Assembly: GCA_041640595.1 (NCBI GenBank)
Contig: JBEPZY010000003.1
Span: forward strand, 148,773-212,772
Direction of reading: 5' to 3'
DNA length: 64,000 bases
From: Gemmatales bacterium
GTDB lineage: Bacteria > Planctomycetota > Planctomycetia > Gemmatales > HRBIN36
The translations under genes and the position numbers were made by a program. Shown one piece after another: positions 11,237-20,800 of this stretch; the first letter of the stretch is position 1, and each line of letters begins with the position of its first letter. The notes beneath the pieces are model-generated. The model saw only the letters and a program-made list of their open reading frames with translations, was not told where the DNA came from and ran no database searches.

Positions 11237-12046
11237 TCAAGGGTGAGCGCTGCGATGTTGATCTACAGCATCCGGCAAAATGTCCGTGTCGGAGAAGGAT
11301 ATGCTGGGTGCGAATGGCTCCCGACGAAGTTGCTGTTCGAGACGGGAGACTTCCAGGCGTTTTTCCAGACGATCCAGCAGGGAACGCAGTTCCGCCAATT
11401 CCGCAGAGGCAACGTGGCTGCCCTCTGGTAGCGAGGACTGTGCCAGCTGCAGCAGTTCGCATTGCGTATGGAGTTTTTGAATTCGTGCGGCCAACTCGGC
11501 TTGTTGCATCTGCAATTGCCTGCGCTGTTCGGCAAGATTTTCCAGCACTCGTTGCTGCTCGGCCAGAAGTAGCTCACGCTGCTGGATCAGCTCCTGCCGG
11601 GCCTGATAAAGCTGGAATCGCCGTCGCAATTCTGCCAGAATCCGGCTGCGTGCGGAACCGGCTGGCGTATCGTTATCGGCTGGGGCGTCGCTCCGCAAAC
11701 GCTCTCGCAGTTCCTGCAATTGTTGCCGCTCCCAATCGAGTTCCTGGCGATGGCGTTGCAACTCGTGCTCCAGTTCGCGCACCGAAACCAGCAAACTCGC
11801 CTGATAGCAAATGAGACGATCTTCCACCTGGGCTAACTGTGCCAGCATCGTTTCCGCACGGCGAATTTCCGAGGCCAGCGGCAAGGATTCCTCTGTACGC
11901 GGGCTGGTCGTCTTCATCAATGTCGCAAGGTAACTGCGCAAAATGCCGGCGGAATGCAGGCCAATCACGAATAAAAATCCGGCGGCCAGTACGGCAATTT
12001 TCTGCCACACCGCAGCTCCTCCTGCCGGGTATTTCGCTTTCCGCAT
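11237..12046 (-). CDS. membrane-anchored coiled-coil protein
   Basis: One N-terminal hydrophobic helix followed by a long E/Q/L/R heptad-rich region. Confidence 0.7.
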   Translation of the reverse strand: MRKAKYPAGGAAVWQKIAVLAAGFLFVIGLHSAGILRSYLATLMKTTSPRTEESLPLASEIRRAETMLAQLAQVEDRLICYQASLLVSVRELEHELQRHRQELDWERQQLQELRERLRSDAPADNDTPAGSARSRILAELRRRFQLYQARQELIQQRELLLAEQQRVLENLAEQRRQLQMQQAELAARIQKLHTQCELLQLAQSSLPEGSHVASAELAELRSLLDRLEKRLEVSRLEQQLRREPFAPSISFSDTDILPDAVDQHRSAHP

Positions 12047-12208
12047 CCTTTTCGCTCCCGGTGCACACGCTCCAACAGATCATTCGCAATCAAACCCGCA
12101 AAATTGCGAAACTGCCACCACGCACGCCGGGCATCGAAACCACGTTGCCTGCAAAATCCCAGCGAAAATTGCCGGGCGACTCCAACAGAAACCAGGCAGA
12201 GGAGTTCC

Positions 12209-12390
12209 GCAGCTCGCTCGCGTCTCAGACCGAAAAACTGCAAAACCGCCCCAAGGCAGATTCCGTCTCTGTGTCAGTAGCAGCTTTGGGAGCAATTCCA
12301 GAACTGCAAAACCACGCTCAAGGCCGTTTGGACGTCTTGGCACCAGGTACGGGCGTAGCAGCTTTGGGAGCAATTCCAGAACTGCAAAAC
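12209..12390 (-). CRISPR. orphan CRISPR-like mini-array: two identical 36-bp repeats plus one degenerate repeat
   Basis: GTAGCAGCTTTGGGAGCAATTCCAGAACTGCAAAAC at 12277-12312 and 12355-12390 with a 42-bp spacer. A partial copy (AACTGCAAAAC) ends at 12246, followed by a 30-bp spacer. No cas genes in the window; the strand is inferred from the degenerate end. Confidence 0.6.
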
Positions 12391-12785
12391 CGCTCCGGCG
12401 CGGGCATCCAGGTGGGCCTGGGGTTCACGGCGGGACCCAGGTAAGCGAATGCCCCTAATGACACCGCCGATTTCTGCGGGCACAGAGGGCGTTGATGAAT
12501 CGAGGTTACGAACATCTGGCCGAGACGGGGTCCGACACCTGGCAACCGAGGATAATCCCAGCCGCCGCTTGTTACACTGGTGCAGGAATGGCGACAGCGG
12601 GTGTGCGTGCGTTGTTCCTGCCGCAGAACCTGACCCTACCGGTTCCGTTGCAGGAATGGCCGCCATTTTGAAAGCTGCGGCTCGAATCGTCGGGTCGGAG
12701 GTTAAGGCTGAGCCGGCGACAGTTGCGGTACTGGCAGCAGGACTTTGGACAGTTGCGGATGGGTCGGAAGCTATCGCGGAGGCGA

Positions 12786-14363
12786 TTACAGTTCCCGCTC
12801 GATCAGTTGCAGTAATTCACAGGCTCGCCAGGAGTTGCCGCTCAGTTGCAGAGTAGCATTGTCGCGAAGCCAGGCGGAGACTTTGCGTTCGGCAGCGATG
12901 ACGGTGCTGTGATTGCGACCGCCAAAGTACCGCCCAATTTCGCCGTAGGGCAGGCCGGTATGTTTGCGGGCCAGGTACATGGCAATCATCCGCGGGTAGC
13001 TTGCCGAGCGCACTTTTTCCCTTCCTCGCAGCAAACCGGGCCGCAGATGCAGAACACGACTGACAGCTCGTTCCACATCCCGCAGGGTTACCTGACCACA
13101 CCGCGGTCGCATCCAGTGATTGAGTGCTGCCTGAGCCAGCTCCGGCGTTACTGCCTTTTGCTGGACAGTGGCGTAATGGTGTACGGCGTAAAGTGCCCCT
13201 TCGAGTTCGCGAACGTTGCCCCGCACGGTTTGGGCAAGGTAATCCAGCACAGGGGCAGGGAAATCGCAAGCCAGCCGTTCCGCTTTCACTGCCAGCAATC
13301 GCCGCCGCAAGTCCTGGTCTGGCAAATCCATAGACCAAACCGCTCCGCCCAGCAAGCGGTCTGTAAGCTGCGGCAACCAGCGGAGCAGTCGGGGATGGCG
13401 ATCACTGGTGGCCACCAGCACACGCTGGCCGCGACTCAGCGCCTCGATGGTGTGCAGCAGTTCTTCCTGCGTAGCCCGTTTGCCTTCGAGAAATTGCAAA
13501 TCGTCCAGCAGCAGGGCTTGCAGAGAGCGAAAGCGTTTGCGAAACTCCACGAGCTTTCCCTGGCGGAGAGCTTGCAAAAACTGGTTGGTGAAATCTTCCG
13601 CCGTCAGATACGCGACGCGACTGGTTCCGAAGGTTGCCACCAGGCGTTCCGCCAAGCCCTGCAAAAGATGTGATTTGCCGACGCCGTGCGGGCCAAATAG
13701 CGTCAATGGTACGCCAAGCGGTCGCCTGGCAGCACCAAACCAGGCGGTATCCTGACGCACCGCTTCGAGAATGCGCATCACCGCCGCATAGGCCAGACGG
13801 TTCGACTCACCCACCAGGAATTCGTCCAGTCTGGTCGTCGCCCTCAGCTGGTGGCATGCCGCCAAGCCCGCGAGAGGCGTTTCGTGCTGGGTGATTGCTT
13901 CAACGTCCGGTCGAACCGGCGAAGAATCACCCGAAGCCGATTCGGAATATCGGAGGCGAAACTCGTCGCGGCAAGCGGCATCGGGCAAGTCACCATCCGT
14001 GGCTCCCGAACCGGATTGTTCTATCGCGGCGGGATTGACGGCATTGCTCGTCCGTTCTCCCTGACGCTGCGCCTGAAACAGAGCGGGATCGATGACAAAG
14101 CGAACCTGGACGGGATGCCCGGCCACGGATTCTGCTGCCGATTGGATGGACCGGGCAAACGTGGTTTGAAGCCACTCCAGCAGAAAGCGATTAGGCACGC
14201 CGATCAGGAGTTGTTCGTCCTGCCAGTGAAAGCGTGTTTGCTGTGCGAACCAGAGGCGATAGCGCTTCTCCCCAATGCGTTGAGCCAGTTCCTGCGCAAA
14301 GGAAGCGACCCAATCCGTCAGTGTCGGCACGGGTGTCCTCCCGGTGCGGCATCCTGTAGCCAT
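12786..14363 (-). CDS. dnaA: chromosomal replication initiator DnaA
   Basis: Domain I (YRLWF, VPNRF), Walker A GPHGVGKSH, LLLDDLQFL, TQEELLH, NVRELEGAL, domain IV FGGRNHSTV. Confidence 0.93.
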   Translation of the reverse strand: MATGCRTGRTPVPTLTDWVASFAQELAQRIGEKRYRLWFAQQTRFHWQDEQLLIGVPNRFLLEWLQTTFARSIQSAAESVAGHPVQVRFVIDPALFQAQRQGERTSNAVNPAAIEQSGSGATDGDLPDAACRDEFRLRYSESASGDSSPVRPDVEAITQHETPLAGLAACHQLRATTRLDEFLVGESNRLAYAAVMRILEAVRQDTAWFGAARRPLGVPLTLFGPHGVGKSHLLQGLAERLVATFGTSRVAYLTAEDFTNQFLQALRQGKLVEFRKRFRSLQALLLDDLQFLEGKRATQEELLHTIEALSRGQRVLVATSDRHPRLLRWLPQLTDRLLGGAVWSMDLPDQDLRRRLLAVKAERLACDFPAPVLDYLAQTVRGNVRELEGALYAVHHYATVQQKAVTPELAQAALNHWMRPRCGQVTLRDVERAVSRVLHLRPGLLRGREKVRSASYPRMIAMYLARKHTGLPYGEIGRYFGGRNHSTVIAAERKVSAWLRDNATLQLSGNSWRACELLQLIEREL

Positions 14364-14862
14364 CCGTGAAAAGAGGGCAACAGACCGGAACCACTTCCTG
14401 GCCGGTCACCTCGACTACCTCCCGAGCGGCTGGGTGCTAGGGAAGGACGATTGTAACCAAACCGGGTGAGTCTGGCCAAGAGAAAAATTTTCGTGCCAAT
14501 CTTCGCCCACAGGGTCGGTTGACCGAAGTTGCCGATTGGGGAAGTTTTGTTTCCCGGTATCAACAAAGAAAATTCACAAAAAATTTTCCAACCGGCCAAC
14601 CGCAGCTGTTAGCGTAGCGGCGAAGTTTGCAGCTGAAATCTGCGTAGCGCTCTCGCTTGTCGCCGCAACTCTTTTCGGATATGGCGATTATGGATTGCCA
14701 GCCGATTGGCGGATTCCAGCTGTCAATTCACCATCTCTTCCGGACATCCCCGCTGACACCCAACCCTGCTGCGGGCGATTTTGTGTAGTAAGCCGTGCGG
14801 GCCAGGCGTAGCAAGTTCCCCTTGCGGAAAGCAAGCCCGTTGGTTACACATGCTTGCTCCAG

Positions 14863-14958
14863 GGACGGCAGCCGAAGGTGAAACAGGCACGCGACAAGAC
14901 AAGCGGAGCAAAGACAAGCGTCCTGAAGAAGGACGGCCGCCGAAGGTGAAACAGGCAC
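14863..14958. repeat. 28-bp direct repeat pair in the dnaA-lptB divergent intergenic region
   Basis: GGACGGC(A/C)GCCGAAGGTGAAACAGGCAC at 14863-14890 and 14931-14958. Confidence 0.85.
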
Positions 14959-15248
14959 CTTTTCTTTCCGCGATGACGGGTGAAACGCCGATCCAGCCAG
15001 GGCTGCGGGAACCGACATTCGTCCAGGTGCAGCTCCATCGTGTCGCAGCATGCACCGCACCGACTACAGCTGCCGGACGTCCAACGGGTCAACGCAGGTG
15101 TTCAGCCATGAGCAGCCCCGATCTGCTCCGGTATCGCTAAAGGCTTGAAACGCCTCGACTTGCTTTCGAGGAGAAAGCGCGGCCAGGCAACCAATGGCCG
15201 GCCGCATGGCATGAACGCTTCCATTGCTATCCTGCTAGCGGGGAACGT

Positions 15249-16472
15249 ATGGCTTTACTGGAAGTCCACGGATTGGTCAAAAGCTACGGCAAACGCCGGG
15301 TGGTCAACGGCGTGAGCTTCCATGTGGATCGCGGTGAAGTAGTCGGTCTGCTTGGGCCTAACGGTGCGGGCAAAACCACCACGTTCCGCATGACCATCGG
15401 CATGGTTGTCCCGGACGAAGGGCGGGTCGTTTTTGCCGGCCAGGATGTCACCAGCTGGCCCATGTACAAACGAGCCCGGCTGGGCATGGGCTATCTTTCG
15501 CAAGAATCTTCCGTCTTCCGCCGACTCACCGTCGAGCAAAACATTCTGGCCATACTCGAAGCCATGCCGCCCTTGCGTTCGCTGGGACGTCGGCTCACTC
15601 GCCAGGAACGCTGGCAATTGACCCTGCGTATGCTCGAAAAATTTAACCTGTTGCGGGTACGGAAAACCCGGGCCTGGTCGCTTTCCGGTGGCGAAAAACG
15701 CCGACTGGAAGTCGCTCGCTGCCTGGTCACCGAACCGTTACTCATCTTGCTCGACGAACCCTTTACCGGCATAGACCCCATCACCATCGCCGATATCCAG
15801 AACATCGTCCGTCAGCTTCGCGATCAGGGCATAGGCATTCTCCTGACCGACCATAACGTCCGCGAGGCGCTCAAAATTACCGACCGCAGTTACGTGATCA
15901 CTGACGGGGTCGTGGAGGCTCACGGTTCGCCCGAGGAAATTATCCGCCACCCCAAAGTGATCGCCAAATACCTCGGCCAGTCTTTTGCTGAATCGGAAAC
16001 GCTTCCCAGGGCGGTGAAAGCGAATGCAGCCAGGCCCGGCGACTCTGCTGGCGTCGTGGAGTCGGTGCATGATCCAGGCAAGTCCGCGGATTCGTCAGCC
16101 GAGCCCACCGCTGGGGGCCTGACGAACCGTGTCCAGGTCGTTCAGGAAACTTCTCCGGCAAAACCTTCGTCCACCGATTCCCCGGCGGTGCTGGCAGTGT
16201 TACGTCAGGAAAGATTGCGCCAGATGCTCGACTGGCTGCTGGATGACCGTCGCCAGCAGGCCGAGCAGGAGTTTCTCCAGGTCGGCCATGCTTCGATACC
16301 GGTTTTGCTGGAAGCTCTGGAACGCCGCAACCCCGACTTGCGAAAGCAGGCGCATGCCCTCCTGGAACGCCTCCTCGCCAGGAAGGTTCCTTACGACCCG
16401 TTTGCTCCGGAAGCCGAGCGTCGGCGAGCTCTGGCACGGTTACGGGAACAATTTTTTCGCTTAGCGGGCTGA
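15249..16472 (+). CDS. lptB: LPS export ABC ATPase LptB with C-terminal extension
   Basis: GPNGAGKTT, YLSQESSVFRRLTVEQN, LSGGEKRRLE, LLDEPF and TDHNVRE motifs; ~160 extra C-terminal residues. Confidence 0.9.
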   Translation: MALLEVHGLVKSYGKRRVVNGVSFHVDRGEVVGLLGPNGAGKTTTFRMTIGMVVPDEGRVVFAGQDVTSWPMYKRARLGMGYLSQESSVFRRLTVEQNILAILEAMPPLRSLGRRLTRQERWQLTLRMLEKFNLLRVRKTRAWSLSGGEKRRLEVARCLVTEPLLILLDEPFTGIDPITIADIQNIVRQLRDQGIGILLTDHNVREALKITDRSYVITDGVVEAHGSPEEIIRHPKVIAKYLGQSFAESETLPRAVKANAARPGDSAGVVESVHDPGKSADSSAEPTAGGLTNRVQVVQETSPAKPSSTDSPAVLAVLRQERLRQMLDWLLDDRRQQAEQEFLQVGHASIPVLLEALERRNPDLRKQAHALLERLLARKVPYDPFAPEAERRRALARLREQFFRLAG

Positions 16473-16546
16473 ACCATGTACGAATTCATCCGCACAGAAC
16501 GAGGCTGGCGAGTTGTCTTCGGGCCGGTCGCGCCTGCCGACACGGA

Positions 16547-17668
16547 TCACCGCCCCAGATCGTTGAATCGCCCCGAAGGTGGCGGAGGGGGTACCAGCCA
16601 GATCGGTTTGCCCCCATCGAGGTCAGGCAACGGCCCGGAGATCGCGGGACAGCGGATGCCTAAAAGCACATGCACATCGAAAATTTCGGTTACTCCGGAG
16701 TGGAATCGCAAACTGGCCACGCTGCGCCCGGAAGCCAGTTCGATAACCTCGACGCCGCATTTAAGCTGCTCCCGCCGCTCTGCGATCGGTATGCCGCCGA
16801 ATACCGAGGTTTCCCGGATTCGCGACAATCCGACGAACGCATAGGGACCGAAAAGCGCCAGACCCCGCGTGTATCCTTCGACATGAGCCACGGGTTCGAC
16901 ATGACCGGTCTTGCGATCCACCCAGGAAATCCGTCCGTAGCCGGAATCCAGAACCCATAACTGTCCCTGGTGCAAACGCGGAGAATGGGCCATGGCCAGC
17001 CCTCGCGCAAGCGTCTGGCCGCTGGGCACGTCTATCACGCAGCCACTCGTTGCTTTCGTCGGTCGCCATCCTGCCGGAGTATCCACCTCCGCCAGAGCGG
17101 TAACGTATCGCGGTTTGCCCTCTTCCAAGCACAGGCCGTTCAGGTGACAGCGATCCTCCGCCGCCAGGCTCGAAATGAACGGCGGTTGCCAGCGGGGCAC
17201 AAAGCTGTAATCCTCGCTCAACGTGCACAGGCACGAAAACAGCGTGTTCACCACCCACAACTCCGAACCCGACCAGGCCAGCTCGTGGACGTGAATCGGC
17301 CCGGTGTAATGGCACGAACGCGTCAGGTAGCAGGCATCAAACTTCCCAGGCGGTTCGAGACGCCGAGCCAGGTCGGGAGCGTTTTTCAGAAACCAGATTT
17401 GCCTCCGCGTCCCGACTGCCATCCGCCTGCCATCCACCGCCACTCCCATGGCCTGTTCAAAATTAGACACCTGAAACTCCAGCTTCCCCTCATACGTGCC
17501 GATGGCCAGCACTTTCCCGGCCTGATAGGTCGAGACTACCAGACTTATGCCGAGTTGTTGCAACAAATACGGCAGGTTACCGGTGTATTCAAAATGCACC
17601 GGAGTAACTGCCGGTTGCTCTGCCCCTACCGGAGTTGCTGCGGGTTGTGGCTGGTCGTTCTGGCTCAT
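16547..17668 (-). CDS. TIGR03032 (DUF4915) family protein
   Basis: SLVVSTYQAGK, VNTLFSCL, EDRCHLNGL, HSPR and GYTRGL motifs. Confidence 0.9.
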   Translation of the reverse strand: MSQNDQPQPAATPVGAEQPAVTPVHFEYTGNLPYLLQQLGISLVVSTYQAGKVLAIGTYEGKLEFQVSNFEQAMGVAVDGRRMAVGTRRQIWFLKNAPDLARRLEPPGKFDACYLTRSCHYTGPIHVHELAWSGSELWVVNTLFSCLCTLSEDYSFVPRWQPPFISSLAAEDRCHLNGLCLEEGKPRYVTALAEVDTPAGWRPTKATSGCVIDVPSGQTLARGLAMAHSPRLHQGQLWVLDSGYGRISWVDRKTGHVEPVAHVEGYTRGLALFGPYAFVGLSRIRETSVFGGIPIAERREQLKCGVEVIELASGRSVASLRFHSGVTEIFDVHVLLGIRCPAISGPLPDLDGGKPIWLVPPPPPSGRFNDLGR

Positions 17669-17856
17669 AGTTTAGTCCCTCCAAACTACCAGCATAAGCG
17701 CAAGCGACCGGTACGCCAAGACGATTAGCGCTTTGCGTCCTCAGCTGCCAGTTCTCGCCTGCCTCAGTCTTCGCTAAGCTAGCTTCCCTGCCGATAAGAT
17801 TGTGTGGACTGCCAGATTTTCCTTTTGCAGTGGAATCGGGCTTCAGGAGTTGCGTC

Positions 17857-20800
17857 GTGAATGCCGAACACTGGGTCGAACAGGGCCGGAAACATCACAC
17901 CGCCGGCCGCTGGCGAGATGCCGAAATTTGCTACCGACAGGCTCTCGCTCTGGATCCTCGCCATGTCGAGGCGCTGCACTTGCTTGGTTTGCTTGCCCAT
18001 CAAGCCGGCCACTCGGAGGACGCTATCCAGTTGATTCGCCAGGCTCTCGATATTCAGCCCCATTACGCCATCGCCTGGAACAACCTGGCTACTATCTACC
18101 ACGACCGGCAGCAACTTCGTTTCGCTCACGAATGTCTCGAACGGGCATTGCAACTCCAACCCGACTACGCTACCGCGCATAACAACCTGGGGGAGATCTA
18201 TAAAGCACTTGGTCACGTTCGCAAAGCCCTGGATTGTTATCGCCGCGCTCTGGCCTGCGATCCTAATTTCTTAGCAGCTCGCAGTAACTATCTCATGACG
18301 CTTCTTTATGATCCTGACCAGGAGCTAAGTTCCTTTCTCGAGGAAGTGCAGCGCTGGGGAAACTATCCTGTCCCGCGCCATTTAGCCAGCCAAAAAAGAT
18401 GGTCGCTAAATACAAATCCCCACCGCCGCCTGCGAATCGGTTATGTCTCACCGGATTTCCGTAAGCATGCCGTCATGCGGTTCTTCCTCCCTATCTTAGA
18501 AGCGCACGATCCGGATCAGGTCGAGGTTTACCTCTATGCCCAGATTCCAGCCGCGGATGCCGTTTCTGAACGCTTGCGAAAGTTAGCTTCCGGCTGGCGT
18601 GTGATTTCGCTGCTCTCGGCAGCAGAAGTGGCCCGCCTTATTCAGCAAGACCATATAGACATCCTCGTGGACTTAGCCGGCCACACTCGCCGTAACCGCC
18701 TGGATGTTTTTGCCCTGCAACCAGCACCTGTACAGTGTACCTATTTAGGATACCCAGGACCAACAGGACTTCCCACTATCCGTTTCCGTTTCGGAGACGC
18801 TTATCTTTTTCCTGACGCTGCTCCCACCTGGCACACCGAGGAAATTGTGCGACTAAACAGCGGCTTCTTCGCATTTGCTCCACCGGATAACGCTCCCGAA
18901 GTAAGTTCGCTTCCGTGTCTGGACAACGGATATATAACTTTCGGCTCGCACCACCCACTAATCAAGCTAAACGATCGTGTGCTGAGGCTATATAAGCAAG
19001 TCCTTGATGCCGTCCCCCACTCTAAACTTCTTTTCTTCCGCGATCAGTTGCGCGACTGGGCGCTGGAAGATTTCCAGAAGCGGCTGGCAGCGATCGGGCT
19101 TTCACCAGACCGACTTATCATTGCTTCGCCAACCGCTGAGGAAATTGACTACCTCCGTACCTATCACCGTGTGGATATCGTATTAGATGCGTTTCCGTTT
19201 ACCGGGCACACGATGACCTGCGAGTCGCTGTGGATGGGCGTGCCTGTGCTGACCTTGTCGGGAGATCGGCCCTGGTCGCGTCTTTCCCGGAGTGTGCTGG
19301 AACGGCTTGGTTTGCAGGAATGGATTACCTATACGCCTGATGAGTTTGTTGAGCGGGCTCGAGAGCTGGCAGCACAATCAGAGCGACTCGCCTCCCTCCG
19401 TGCGCGATTGCGTTCGCTCATTCTGCAACGCCTTACTAATGGCAGCACGGTGGCACGTGATTTAGAGGATGCTTATCGCAGGTTATGGCAGGAGTGGTGT
19501 GCTCAGCACGAACCTCGGGCCACACAAACAATAAGCGTTCCTTCGCAGGAAACACCTGACGCGACAACCGTGGTTACGCCCGAACCTGAAAACGTGACTA
19601 ATGTTGTTGTCTCGGATATACCGAACACAGCTGAGACCTGGCATGAACGCGGCCTGGCACTCGCGGAGGAAAAAAAGTTTTCTGAAGCGATCGAATGTTT
19701 CCGCCAGGCACTATCACTGCGCCCTAACTATCTTATTGCTGAGCTCAATCTGGGCATGTGTTATAAGAATCTCGGCTACCTGGATGAGGCAGCTCGCATA
19801 TTCAGGAATTGCATAGACAAGTACCCAGGCGATCCCGCTCCTCTTATTCAGCTGGCCGCGACTTATAAACAGCTCAACCGACTGGACGACGGTTTGACAT
19901 GCTTACGTCAAGCCTGTCGAATCAGTCCGCCATTCGGTCCCGCCTGGCACAATTATCTTGTCTATCTGAACTATCATCCCAGGAGCAAACCGGAAGAGAT
20001 TTACCAGGCTCACCGGCAATGGGGCGAGCGAGCCGCTGTACCATTAGTTCGCAAATTCACTAATGCCCTCGACCCGGAACGCCCCTTGCGCATCGGTTAT
20101 GTTTCCCCGGATTTATACGAACATCCGGTCAGTCGCTTCATCGAACCGATACTGCGGCACCACAACAAGGCAGAGTTTGCCGTCTATGTTTATGCAGGGG
20201 TGCGCCGACCAGACCGGGTAACTCGTCGCTTGCAGGAATTAGCTGATTGCTGGAGAGATATTGTCCGCTTAAGTACCGAGCAAATAGCTGATCAGATTCG
20301 TGCAGATCGCATTGACATTCTCGTGGACCTGACCGGTCATTATGCGGACAATTATTTAGCGGTGTTTGCGCAACAACCGGCCCCGGTTCAGGTGACCTGG
20401 TTAGGATATCCCCATACCACAGGGCTGAGCACGATTCATTATCGGTTGACCGATCGAGTCTTAAATCCCCACGAAGAGCCGCCATACGCAACAGAACGTC
20501 TGGTGTACTTAGAGGGCGGTTTTTCATGTTTTCAACCACCCCAGCCGGCCCCGGAAATTAGTCCCCCGCCGTGTTTAGAAACAGGTATGATCACGTTCGG
20601 CTCGCATCACGATCTTAAGAAACTAAACGATGACGTTTACTGGGTCTGGAGCAAAATTCTCAAACGAGTGCCGAATTCCCGATTATTGTTTTTCCGAAGC
20701 TCGCATATGCCCCCAATTCAGGATCACCTGCGACGTAAATTTCGAGCTTACGGCATCGAACCGGAACGGATTGTCGTTCGTCAGCCTCCTTTTGGCGACT

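Noticed and set aside
14400..14700. oriC
   Set aside because: A/T-rich and next to dnaA, but I found no cluster of TTWTNCACA boxes and no dnaN.
14863..14990. Glycine riboswitch or hammerhead ribozyme
   Set aside because: GCCGAAG is present but the GGAGA and CTCTCAGG elements are missing. CTGAAGA...GAAAC lacks a proper stem II and flanking stems.
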